Shown in pieces: positions 35,832 through 45,005 of a stretch of DNA of 64,000 nucleotides. Positions within the stretch are counted from its first letter, which is position 1. Every line of letters begins with the position of its first letter. The notes below the pieces were generated by a model. The model did not search any database, was not told the DNA's origin, and saw nothing but the letters and a program-made list of their open reading frames with translations. The translations under genes were made by a program, and so were the position numbers. Source of the DNA: Bdellovibrionales bacterium (GTDB lineage: Bacteria; Bdellovibrionota; Bdellovibrionia; Bdellovibrionales; UBA1609); NCBI GenBank assembly GCA_020850475.1, contig JADZEO010000071.1:19712-83711 (forward strand). The letters are read 5' to 3'.

Positions 35832-37214
35832 ATGGAGCTGTCCGAACTCAAAGGTAAAAAAATTATGATTGTCGGTTTGGCGCGTACCGGTGTTTCCTTG
35901 GCGCGCTTGCTGACCGAACATGGGGCCGAAGTCACGGTGAGTGATCACAAGTCCAAGGCCGAACTCGCCACCTTTTTGGAAATGATGAGCGGAATTGAAG
36001 TTCATTACGATCTCGGTGGGCACACGCCGAAAACTTTTTTGGCTCAAGACCTCATTGTTTTGAGCCCGGGCGTTCCTCCTCACCTCAAGATTTTTGATTA
36101 CGCCCGCAGCAATGGCGTGAAGGTGACGGGAGAGTTTGAGTTTTGTTCGCAATTTATCAAGGAACCGGTGATTGCGATTACCGGAACGAACGGCAAGACC
36201 ACGACCACCCGCTTGATTGAGCAGTTTTTGACTCGGTCGGGAGTAAATTGCTGGATTGGTGGAAATTATGGTGAGCCGCTGAGCGAGTATTTGCGCTCTG
36301 GGGTTAAAGCTCAGGTATTGGTTCTTGAGGTGAGCAGCTTTCAGCTGGAGCACACCGAGTCCTTTACCCCAACCAACATTGTCTTTATGAATTTGGCGGA
36401 AAACCACTTGGATCGCTATCGCAGCATGGAAGAATACGTGAATGCCAAACGCCGTATCTTTCTGAATACCAACCAGTCCACCACTAGTATCTTGAACGCC
36501 GATGACAATGCGGTGGTGGAATTGGCGCGCGATCCGGCGGTTCAGCGCGGTCGGATTTTTTACTTTTCCCGGAAGCCCACTCTTGAGCCGCAAATCATGA
36601 ATATTGGCGGCGCGGTTCTAATTAAAGACCAAATTCGCGTGCGCACGGGTCCGGAGATTGAGTACTACACAGTATCGAACGCGAAAATGCGTGGTAAACA
36701 CAACTTCGAAAATATCATGGCGGCGATCTTGGCGGCGCGCGAGCACGGCGCGACTCATGAAGCCATCCAGAGAGTGATTGATGACTTTCCGGGCATGCCT
36801 CACCGTCTGGAGTATGTACGTAAGGTGGGCGGAGTTCAGTTTTACAACGACTCCAAGGCCACCAACGTTCACGCGGTGATGCGAGCTCTCGATACCTTTG
36901 ACGAAAACGTCATCTTGATCATGGGTGGCAAGGACACCAATCTGAACTTTGCACCGCTCAAAGATCGTATTCGTAGGGTGGTTAAGACTTTAATCCTGGT
37001 TGGTGAAGCCAAGGAGCGGATCAATCGAGACATCGGTGACTTCACCGAGACTTTTCTGATTGGCACCTTTGAAGAGGCGATCTTGATTTCTTACCAAAAG
37101 TCTAGGATCAATGACGTCGTCTTGTTGTCGCCGGGATGTTCCAGCTTTGACACCTTCGATAGCTATGTTGAGCGCGGAAACTACTTTAAGGAATTAGTGA
37201 ACAAATTCCGCTGA
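35832..37214 (+). CDS. murD: UDP-N-acetylmuramoylalanine--D-glutamate ligase
   Basis: IVGLARTGVS and ITGTNGKTTT. ATG at 35832, 8 nt after a GAGGAAGG RBS. Confidence 0.92.
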   Translation: MELSELKGKKIMIVGLARTGVSLARLLTEHGAEVTVSDHKSKAELATFLEMMSGIEVHYDLGGHTPKTFLAQDLIVLSPGVPPHLKIFDYARSNGVKVTGEFEFCSQFIKEPVIAITGTNGKTTTTRLIEQFLTRSGVNCWIGGNYGEPLSEYLRSGVKAQVLVLEVSSFQLEHTESFTPTNIVFMNLAENHLDRYRSMEEYVNAKRRIFLNTNQSTTSILNADDNAVVELARDPAVQRGRIFYFSRKPTLEPQIMNIGGAVLIKDQIRVRTGPEIEYYTVSNAKMRGKHNFENIMAAILAAREHGATHEAIQRVIDDFPGMPHRLEYVRKVGGVQFYNDSKATNVHAVMRALDTFDENVILIMGGKDTNLNFAPLKDRIRRVVKTLILVGEAKERINRDIGDFTETFLIGTFEEAILISYQKSRINDVVLLSPGCSSFDTFDSYVERGNYFKELVNKFR

Positions 37215-37279
37215 AGACCAGTCGCCCTTGCCCCCCTCACGTGTTAACATTTGTTAGCACGTGATGAGAGGGGCCGACC

Positions 37280-38383
37280 TTGCGTAAATGGCAGATCGAT
37301 AAAGGATTACTCCTCGTTATTTTTTTCTTTCTAGGGCTGGGCTTGGTTCAGGTTTACAGCTCCTCGTACATTCTCGCCATGGATAAATATGGTGACGGCC
37401 TTTACATTTTTAAACGCCAATTCGCTTTTAGTTTGCTGGGCGTGGCGGCGGTGCTCGGCGGTGCCTACATGCCTTGGGAGTGGGTGAGGAAGGCCGCCCC
37501 GTTTTTGTGGCTGCTAGCGGCCTTAACTTTGGCGGCGACTTTTGTACCTGAGTTGGCGATTAAAGCCGGCGGCGCCCAGCGCTGGGTCAAGCTCCCTTGG
37601 GGTCAGCGTTTTGAACCGGGTGAGATGGTAAAACTCTTTTTGCCGCTGCTCTTGGCCAGTTATCTCAGCCGCAGCGATCAACACTTGTCGGGCGGACAGT
37701 GGCTGGTGCGGCTGGCATTTATTGGTTTGCCCTTGGCTCTTGTTTTACGCCAACCGGATTTTGGGACCTTTTCGATTTGTCTGTCGGTGAGTTTCTTGTT
37801 GTTGTTTACGTTTGGTCTGCGTTGGCGCTACATCGTTGGCGGTTTGGCCGTAGCACTGCCGGCCTTTTATTTTCTCGTGGTTAATGTGCCGTACCGAATG
37901 GCGCGCATTCATGCTTTCTTAGATCCTTGGTCCGACCCGGCCCAAAAGGGATTTCAGGTCATACAATCGATGTTGGCATTTTCGGCTGGGGGAGTCGGGG
38001 GAGTTGGCTTGGGCCAAGGCCAAGGCAAGCTGTTTTTTCTACCCGAAGCTCACACCGATTTTACCTTAGCCGTGTTGGGCGAAGAGATCGGCTATGTGGG
38101 CTTTGTGTTGGTGTTGATGTTGTACGGCTTTATTGTCTTTCGCGGTTTGCAAATCGCGATGCGAGCGGGCGAGGTGTTTTCCCGAGCAGCGGCCTTAGGG
38201 ATTACTTTGATCTTTGGTCTGAGCGTGTTCATCAATGTGGGAGTGGTTTTAGGTTTTTTGCCGACCAAGGGGCTCACGTTGCCTTTCTTAAGTTACGGCG
38301 GAAGTTCTTTGGTGATGACTTGTCTGGGCTTGGGCTGGCTGTTAAACATAGATAGACAAATCAAACGGACGCGCCCGGGGTAA
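37280..38383 (+). CDS. ftsW: SEDS-family peptidoglycan glycosyltransferase FtsW
   Basis: TTG start. RWVKLPWGQRFEPGEMVK, PDFGT, LPEAHTDFTLAVLGEEIG, LPFLSYGGSS. Confidence 0.9.
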   Translation: MRKWQIDKGLLLVIFFFLGLGLVQVYSSSYILAMDKYGDGLYIFKRQFAFSLLGVAAVLGGAYMPWEWVRKAAPFLWLLAALTLAATFVPELAIKAGGAQRWVKLPWGQRFEPGEMVKLFLPLLLASYLSRSDQHLSGGQWLVRLAFIGLPLALVLRQPDFGTFSICLSVSFLLLFTFGLRWRYIVGGLAVALPAFYFLVVNVPYRMARIHAFLDPWSDPAQKGFQVIQSMLAFSAGGVGGVGLGQGQGKLFFLPEAHTDFTLAVLGEEIGYVGFVLVLMLYGFIVFRGLQIAMRAGEVFSRAAALGITLIFGLSVFINVGVVLGFLPTKGLTLPFLSYGGSSLVMTCLGLGWLLNIDRQIKRTRPG

Positions 38384-38420
38384 GTCACCCGAGGTGCTGT
38401 GGCTCACTGAGGGACTCTTC

Positions 38421-39512
38421 ATGGCGCAAGTGGTATTTATTGCAGGCGGCGGGACCGGCGGACATATTTATCCCGCGCTGGCCATAGCCCGAGGTCTCCT
38501 GCAGAAAGATCCCAGCTTGCAAATTCATTTTGTGGGCTCACCGCAAGGGCTCGAGACGCGGATAATTCCGGAACAAGGATTTCCTCTCCACTTGGTGCCG
38601 ATTGGTAAACTCAATCGCAACGTGGGAGTCGTCGAGCAAGTCAAAACTCTTCTGGGATTGCCTTTGTCTTTTGTCGTGAGTTTGTTGTTGTTGATCAAAT
38701 ATCGTCCACGTTTGCTCATCGGCGTAGGTGGCTACGCCAGTGCGCCGGTTTTATTCGTGGGCGCGCTGCTGGGTTTTAAAACTATTATTTGGGAGCCCAA
38801 TGCCTTTCCGGGGATGGCCAATCGTTGGCTAGCGCGAGTTGTGGACCTGGCGCTGGTGGTGTTTGCCGAAGCAAAGGACACACTGAAACAAAAGCGCATC
38901 CAACTGGTGGGGCTGCCCGTTCGGCAGGAAATTGAATCGTTGAGCGTGACTCCGCGAGCGACGCCAATGCCGTTGAGGATTCTCGTTTTTGGCGGTAGTC
39001 AAGGAGCCCGGGGGCTCAATTTGGCTGTTTGTGAGGCGATCTGTCGAGGGGGTGAGTGGCTTTCGGGAGTGGAAGTGATTCATCAAACTGGGCGGCACGA
39101 TTACGCCGACATCAAAGCCAAGTATGATCAGGCTCAAGCGCGAGTCGACGTGCGCGAGTATCTGCCGACGATTCAAGAACAATATCAATGGGCTGATCTC
39201 GTCGTTTGTCGGGCGGGCGTAAGTACAATTGCGGAGCTTGCGGCTGCGGGCAAAGCCGCTGTCCTCGTGCCCTTTCCGTTTGCAGCGGATAACCATCAAC
39301 AAAAAAATGCCGAGGCCTTAGTAAAAGGCGAAGCGGCGCTGATGATTTTGCAAAAGGATTTTACCGCTGACCGCTTCGTTCGCCTGGTGGAAGAAACCAA
39401 GCAAGACTCCGCTTACTTGCGGAACTTATCACAAAATATTCGCCAATTTCATCGACCGCGGGCCGCCGCCGAGACGGCTCAACTCATTCTCGCTGAATTA
39501 GCAGGAACCTAA
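38421..39512 (+). CDS. murG: undecaprenyldiphospho-muramoylpentapeptide beta-N-acetylglucosaminyltransferase
   Basis: GGGTGGHIYPALA, CRAGVSTIAELAAAGKAAVLVPFP, HQQKNA. ATG at 38421. Confidence 0.92.
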   Translation: MAQVVFIAGGGTGGHIYPALAIARGLLQKDPSLQIHFVGSPQGLETRIIPEQGFPLHLVPIGKLNRNVGVVEQVKTLLGLPLSFVVSLLLLIKYRPRLLIGVGGYASAPVLFVGALLGFKTIIWEPNAFPGMANRWLARVVDLALVVFAEAKDTLKQKRIQLVGLPVRQEIESLSVTPRATPMPLRILVFGGSQGARGLNLAVCEAICRGGEWLSGVEVIHQTGRHDYADIKAKYDQAQARVDVREYLPTIQEQYQWADLVVCRAGVSTIAELAAAGKAAVLVPFPFAADNHQQKNAEALVKGEAALMILQKDFTADRFVRLVEETKQDSAYLRNLSQNIRQFHRPRAAAETAQLILAELAGT

Positions 39513-39517
39513 TTTCT

Positions 39518-40909
39518 ATGAACAAACTCAAGACTCAGCAAAAAAAATTGACCAACGCCAAAGTTCACTTTATCGGCATCGGTGGCATCGGGATGTGTGG
39601 CTTGGCCGAACTGCTCCACAACATGGGAGCGCGAGTCACCGGCAGCGACATGCAGGAAAATGCGCAAATTCAACGCCTGCGTGAAATGGGAGTGCAAATA
39701 TTTATTGGGCACGCGGCCGATCAAATTGGCGACGCCGAAGTGGTGGTTTACTCGAGTGCAGTCAAGGCCCACAATGAAGAGTACCGGGAGGCACGCCGAC
39801 GAGGTGTGCCGCTGATTCCCCGGGCCGAAGCCCTGGCCGAAGTGATGCGGCTGAAGCGTGGGGTCGCGGTGGCCGGCACTCACGGCAAGACCACGACGAC
39901 CAGCATGACCGCTTCGATTTTTCTGCACGCCAAACTTGATCCCACCATCGTCGTTGGCGGACGACTCGATGTGATTAAATCAACGGCGCAGTTGGGTCAC
40001 GGCGAGTGGTTGATTGCGGAGGCCGACGAATCCGATGGCAGTTTCAATCGCCTGTCGCCCGAGATTGTCATTATTACGAACATTGATAACGATCACTTGG
40101 ATTATTACAAGGATTTCGAAAACCTTAAGAACGCATTTTATGATTTTGCCTCGCGAGTTCCTTTCTACGGTTCGGTTATTCTGTGCGGGGATGATTCGAA
40201 GATCCGCGAAGTGTTTGCAGATTTCCCGAAGCGAACCTTGTATTACGGGTTCAATGCCGACAATGATTATGTGCTTGAGGGAGCTCGTGGTCAGTACCGG
40301 GTGCGCAGTCAAGATGGTGTTTTAGGTGAGTTGGTGGTTCCGCTGCCCGGGCGCCACAATGCTTTGAACGCCTTAGCGGCAGTTTTAACCGGCATGGCTG
40401 CCGGACTGGAATTCGACGCAGCAGTCGACGGAGTCCGGCAATTTCGCGGCGTGGACCGACGTTTTCAAAAGCGCGGCGAGGCCGGGGGAATTTTCTTTTA
40501 CGATGATTACGGCCATCACCCCACCGAAGTCAGCGCGGTGCTGGCGGCTTTTAAAGAAGGATTTCCCGATCGTCGCTTGGTGGTCTTGTTTCAACCCCAT
40601 CGCTACAGTCGAACCCAACTTTGTTGGGAACAATTCTTGAGTTGTTTTAAGGACGCCAACTTACTTTTTGTGACTGACATTTATCCCGCGGGCGAGCCCG
40701 TCATTCAAGGAATTGAGTCGCCACTCTTGGTTGAACAAATGCACCACCCTTCAGCGAAATTTATAAGTGGCGAGACCCCCGAGGGTTTGCGCCAAATTCA
40801 GTCCCAGCTACAACCACAAGATGTGTTGGTTTCGCTCGGGGCCGGTAGTGTCTGGAAGATGGGCGACGCAATTCGCGCCTTAGTCGAAGGAAAATCGCGT
40901 GGCAAATGA
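39518..40909 (+). CDS. murC: UDP-N-acetylmuramate--L-alanine ligase
   Basis: VHFIGIGGIGMCGLAELL, VAGTHGKTTTTSM, DDYGHHPTE. Confidence 0.93.
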   Translation: MNKLKTQQKKLTNAKVHFIGIGGIGMCGLAELLHNMGARVTGSDMQENAQIQRLREMGVQIFIGHAADQIGDAEVVVYSSAVKAHNEEYREARRRGVPLIPRAEALAEVMRLKRGVAVAGTHGKTTTTSMTASIFLHAKLDPTIVVGGRLDVIKSTAQLGHGEWLIAEADESDGSFNRLSPEIVIITNIDNDHLDYYKDFENLKNAFYDFASRVPFYGSVILCGDDSKIREVFADFPKRTLYYGFNADNDYVLEGARGQYRVRSQDGVLGELVVPLPGRHNALNALAAVLTGMAAGLEFDAAVDGVRQFRGVDRRFQKRGEAGGIFFYDDYGHHPTEVSAVLAAFKEGFPDRRLVVLFQPHRYSRTQLCWEQFLSCFKDANLLFVTDIYPAGEPVIQGIESPLLVEQMHHPSAKFISGETPEGLRQIQSQLQPQDVLVSLGAGSVWKMGDAIRALVEGKSRGK

Positions 40910-41804
40910 TTTGGTTCAGCAGAATGTTTCGCTCGCTTCTTTGTCTACCTGGCGGGTGGGGGGGCCGGCGGAATATTTTTGCTCGCCCCGAACCATTGAA
41001 GAAGTGGAGGCGGCCCTTCTTTGGAGCCACCAGCACCAACAACGCCTCACCGTTATTGGCGGGGGCAGCAACGTCCTGATCAGTGATAAGGGCGTCCGCG
41101 GTCTAGTGCTCTCGACTCGGCAGTTGGCGGGATTGGACGTCAAAGAGGATCAGGGTCAGCTGCGGATTGTGGCTATGGGTGGAACTCATAAGTCCCAACT
41201 CTTGCGCATCTTCATTCAAAAAAAACTCGCCCCAGCTTTGTTCTTAAGCGGCCTGCCCGGCGACGTGGGAGGGGGAGTGGTGATGAACGCGGGCGTGGGT
41301 GAAGCGCGCTTGCCTCGCGAATTTGGCGAAATCGTCGAGTGGGTGGAGGTGGTGCGGTTGCACGGCACCAAGACCGAGAGAGTTAAAATTCCGAGTGAAC
41401 AGATTCGCTGGACCTATCGACACAGCGAAGGCTGGCAGCCGGGAGTGATTGTGCGAGTGGGACTCAAGTGGCCCCTCGAACCCGATGACGAAATTCCAAT
41501 TCAAGTTCGCGAAACCAATCGCTTGCGGCTCTCTAAGCAACCGTTGGATCAACCCAGTTGTGGGTCGGTGTTTGTTAATCCCTCGGGCTATAAGGCTGGG
41601 GCGGTGATCGACAATTGTGGGCTCAAAGGCTTTGCAATCGGCGGTGCCATGGTTTCACCCAAGCACGCCAACTTTATTGTCAACACCGGAACCGCCACAG
41701 CCCACGACATCGACGCCGTCATCAAGCACGTCCAGTCAACCGTTAAGACCCTCACCCAAGTCGACCTCAAAACCGAAGTCATTTATCTCGGGGAGTGGGC
41801 GTAA
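40899..41804 (+). CDS. murB: UDP-N-acetylenolpyruvoylglucosamine reductase
   Basis: GTG start overlapping murC by 11 nt. TWRVGGPAEYF, IGGGSNVL, PSCGSVFVNP, HANFIVN. Confidence 0.92.
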   Translation: MANDLVQQNVSLASLSTWRVGGPAEYFCSPRTIEEVEAALLWSHQHQQRLTVIGGGSNVLISDKGVRGLVLSTRQLAGLDVKEDQGQLRIVAMGGTHKSQLLRIFIQKKLAPALFLSGLPGDVGGGVVMNAGVGEARLPREFGEIVEWVEVVRLHGTKTERVKIPSEQIRWTYRHSEGWQPGVIVRVGLKWPLEPDDEIPIQVRETNRLRLSKQPLDQPSCGSVFVNPSGYKAGAVIDNCGLKGFAIGGAMVSPKHANFIVNTGTATAHDIDAVIKHVQSTVKTLTQVDLKTEVIYLGEWA

Positions 41805-41896
41805 CTCACGCTACTGCAAATCCCGCTCGCTGCCTAGGCATTTACTTAGCATCGTTGGGAGGGCGAGCTCATTACGGACTTAAGAGGTTGAGCCCT

Positions 41897-42301
41897 TTAC
41901 GGGTTACAAAAATAATCGGCGACTGCCTGCCCGTAGGCATTATTTTTTTTGTCCATGTTGTAGCAGCGGTAGTCCCCGTTTATCGACAGCCCAGCTCGAT
42001 AGTGATTGGTCGCGCAATAGAAATCCGCAATGCTAAAGCCAAAAATTCTTCCCGTTTGGTCATGCCGAAAGCATTCTCGGCCCCGGTATGCCCCGGTTGC
42101 GGTGTCATAACTATCAGCCGAAATGAATCCAGCGGTGCAGTAAGACCAGTCAACCGGATAGCCATAGGCGGTCCCATAGCGATCAGAGTTGTAGCAGCGT
42201 GTTTCGCCGTTTTGATCGTAGGCTACCTTGTAGCCAGCATAGGCAGTACTTGAAAGGCTAAGTAACAAGAACGAAGTGGCTAGCAAAAAGGTCTTTTTCA
42301 T
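41897..42301 (-). CDS. small secreted protein with three Cys-bracketed repeats
   Basis: Start at the internal ATG 42301 (MKKTFLLATSFLLLSLSSTAYA, a signal peptide). Three units of C-x19-20-C: RCYNSDRYGTAYGYPVDWSYC, ECFRHDQTGRIFGFSIADFYC, RCYNMDKKNNAYGQAVADYFC. Confidence 0.6.
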   Translation of the reverse strand: MKKTFLLATSFLLLSLSSTAYAGYKVAYDQNGETRCYNSDRYGTAYGYPVDWSYCTAGFISADSYDTATGAYRGRECFRHDQTGRIFGFSIADFYCATNHYRAGLSINGDYRCYNMDKKNNAYGQAVADYFCNP

Positions 42302-42553
42302 TTTTTTCCTCTTAAGTTGAAACATGCTAAGCCCAAATTTAGGTCCAGCAAATCGCACCAAGTTTTAATGAACTTCGCGATGGAATAGGCTAATCCGATT
42401 AGGAATCAAATGGCCAACTATCGAATAGATAATTGTTCACGGGGAAACCAGGTAGAACAGGAGCAAAAAAGTGAGGGAAGTGAATTATTTTCCGGAGGTT
42501 ACAAAATCGGTGGGGTGGGCGATTACATGGACCGGAGCCAGGAGCTGAGCGGG

Positions 42554-43747
42554 TTAGGAATTGGGAGGCGCTAGGCGAAATCCTTGTACCGATTGGTTGT
42601 TGGAAGCCAGCCAGACAAATAAGCCGGGTATTGAATTGACCTGGCGAAAACGCGAATAATGCGGATATCCGGTAAAGGAATTGGCGTTGCCGCTCAAAGA
42701 GAAGCTCGACCAACTCCAAGTGCCGCGGATGGGATCGGCGGGCTTCGTCAGACGCCAAACGGTGTTGCCGTACCCAGGGTAATAAATCCACTGCTTCCAC
42801 GCTTGCACCCAATCCCATCCACCTGGTTCGTTGGCAGTTGGCAAAGTTCCCGAGGAAGTTTTTTGTATCACAAGATTTGAAGTTACTTTGGGGTCAACTT
42901 TGGGATCGATGAGGTGCAGGTAAAAGCCACCGGGTTGAGAAGAGTCGCGCTTGATCGACATGTACAAATCACTTTCAGAGTCGTACCCACCAGTATTTTC
43001 ATAGGTAACCAGCCCCGGGTCGCTGATCGTGATGGTTCCGGTACTTTGCGTTTCGCACTGAAGGTATTCGGCTTGCGTCGTCCAATCGGGTCTCCCCAGC
43101 TGCACGATTCGATTGCGGCTGGAATCATAAAGCGAGCAGCCTTCGTAAACCGATTTGGCCAGCTTACTTTTTCCACGTTGCCAAGTTGGATTACTCAAAG
43201 CTACATAATGCGGCCAACTTGTTTGAGGGTTCGGATTATTTGCGGGAGAGCTGATCGAAGGTATAACAAAATATCCGGCGGGGTCGGAGCCAAAGCTGCC
43301 GGGCGGTGCCCACACCAGAGCTCCATAGGTATGAGTTGAGGCCGGCTTGCCGGTTACAACCTTAGTAAAGGTGGCATCGGCCCAAATTTCACCAAACTCG
43401 GTATCTGAAAATCGATTGTCGGAATCGGCAAAGAGCGGAACTGTGGGATCAACAATGCGACTCCACAACCGAGACGCTAAATCATAGCGATAAACTTCGT
43501 TGTAAGGTTAATCGGTGTGACCGCCGCCATAAATGACGATCGAACCCAAGCCTCCGTAAGTTTGCGCGTAGGTCATTCCACACCAAGGCAAAACGACGTT
43601 GGCAGAGGTTGGGGCACCATCAACAATGGGAGCCTGTGATTTGAGGGTGTTTAACGAAAGGTCGGCAATTGTGCCAACAGCTGGTAGCCAGGAAGGGCTC
43701 GCATTTACCACTGATACGGTCGTTTGAGTCGACTTAATTTGAGACAC
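42554..43747 (-). pseudogene. Kelch/beta-propeller-like protein gene interrupted by one in-frame TAA (43508..43510)
   Basis: ORFs 43508..43747 and 42554..43468 are in the same frame. Reading through gives ...IVIYGGGHTD*PYNEVYRYDLASRLWSRIVDP..., so the stop sits inside a Kelch-like GG...N.VY.YD....W blade motif. The first ORF has a GTG start and no signal peptide. Confidence 0.55.
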
Positions 43748-43871
43748 TCTTGCTCTTCCCGTTTACAAGTGACTGTTGTTTTTAATTCTACCATGAATTC
43801 TCCGGAGTCCACTCTCCAATTTGTAGGATGAAGAGAACGCAAAATGGAGCAGGGATTAGAAAAGTGATTGC

Positions 43872-43907
43872 TCAAAAATCCAAGCCCAGCGACTGGGCTG
43901 GGCTTGG
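43872..43907 (-). terminator. rho-independent terminator after the lipoprotein gene (11-bp stem, 6-nt loop, T5)
   Basis: The plus strand reads ccaagcccagc-gactgg-gctgggcttgg (43880..43907), preceded by aaaaa. On the minus strand the hairpin is followed by ATTTTTGAG. Confidence 0.7.
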
Positions 43908-43940
43908 GTGGTTTGTGGGGCTAAACTTGAAGCGACTCTA

Positions 43941-44825
43941 CTACTCGCAGTAAGTGAGCGAGAGGTCGCGGCTCTTGTCGTCTTTGCTGATGGTGGCGCT
44001 GCCACAACCGTTAAAAACGATCGAGCCGGTGCCAGTGACGGAGCCATCAAAGCTGATGGAAATGCTGCCGGAGACAGGGTGGCAACAACTGGAACTCCAT
44101 TGCAAATTGTTGGGCGTATAGATGGCGGTGAAGTTAGCAAGGTTGTGCGCCACTTCAACTTGTCCACCATTTACGACGCGACTGGCACGGTCCAGGCCAC
44201 CGGTCACGGAAATATTGCTGAGGGTTCGTACTGAGTGATTCATCAAGGTTGATCCGCCGGCAGCCTGAAGAACTTTATTTTTGCCGAGAATTTGAATTTC
44301 CCAACCACTCGCAGTTTTGATGAGCTTACCGCCCCCTGAGATAGAGTTGCCGCGATAGTCGGTTTGGGCTGAGCTAAATACGTGGAGTGAACCGCCGCGG
44401 GGACCAGAGATGGTGTAGTCGTAGGTGCGCGTGACGTAGTTACCGGTCGAAGCGAGGCCACAACCCGAGTCACTATAGGTGAGAGTGACACTGCCATCGA
44501 GACTCAACAAAGTGCCGGAGATGTCGCAATCTGAATAAGTGGCGCTTTTGACTCCACTCACACAACTCGAGAGATAGGCGCGGCTGCAAGTTGAGGCGTA
44601 GGCCTTGGGCAGCAAGAGATCAGCAAAGGTGCGCTGCTTGAGATGATAGGAGGCAAAGCTACTGCCGTTTTGTTCATCCGCAACGCCGCTGATGGCGGTA
44701 ATTCCTGATTCGGCCGAGAGTTCAAACTCGGAACCAAGGGTTTCGTCGTCTTGGTTTTTTCCGCAACCAAGCGCGCCGACAAGCAGTGCGACGGTAATTG
44801 AAATTGTAAGTGATTTCGAATTCAT
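43941..44825 (-). CDS. lipoprotein, Cys-rich, Gly/Ser/Thr-rich (294 aa)
   Basis: Signal plus lipobox (ITVALLVGALGC). 12 further Cys. No recognised domain. Confidence 0.65.
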   Translation of the reverse strand: MNSKSLTISITVALLVGALGCGKNQDDETLGSEFELSAESGITAISGVADEQNGSSFASYHLKQRTFADLLLPKAYASTCSRAYLSSCVSGVKSATYSDCDISGTLLSLDGSVTLTYSDSGCGLASTGNYVTRTYDYTISGPRGGSLHVFSSAQTDYRGNSISGGGKLIKTASGWEIQILGKNKVLQAAGGSTLMNHSVRTLSNISVTGGLDRASRVVNGGQVEVAHNLANFTAIYTPNNLQWSSSCCHPVSGSISISFDGSVTGTGSIVFNGCGSATISKDDKSRDLSLTYCE

Positions 44826-45005
44826 AAATTAGCCTCCGAAAGGGTGGAGTTAAAACCTTCCAACCAAGAAACCCGACCACGGGGAGAAAGTTGCGGATGT
44901 CCCAAAATGAGATTCATGGCCGGCAAATCGAGATTTTCTCGACCTAGGTCGGGGGCTAACTGGGATCGAGCTGAGGTATGATGAGCGGCAGAAAGGGCGG
45001 ACCGC

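Noticed and set aside
35805-36593. Long antisense or alternate-frame ORFs inside well-supported genes. Examples: 35805..36593 opposite murD, 20365..21117 opposite dacB, 55822..56538 opposite the M3 peptidase, 18245..19027 opposite the binding protein, 62507..63304 inside the kinase, 3591..4091, and 47573..48059 opposite ftsZ.
   Set aside because: Each lies entirely within a gene that has clear family motifs. Their translations are Arg/Ser/Pro-rich or low complexity with no motifs. These are typical shadow ORFs of a roughly 50% GC genome.
41831-41840. CCTAGG-centred palindromes near both edges of the dcw island (tgcctaggca at 41831..41840 and cgacctaggtcg at 44940..44951), considered as possible insertion-site repeats
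   Set aside because: Only the 6-bp core is shared and the flanking bases differ. Chance occurrence of a 6-mer twice in 3 kb is plausible. I saw no direct repeats, integrase or tRNA.
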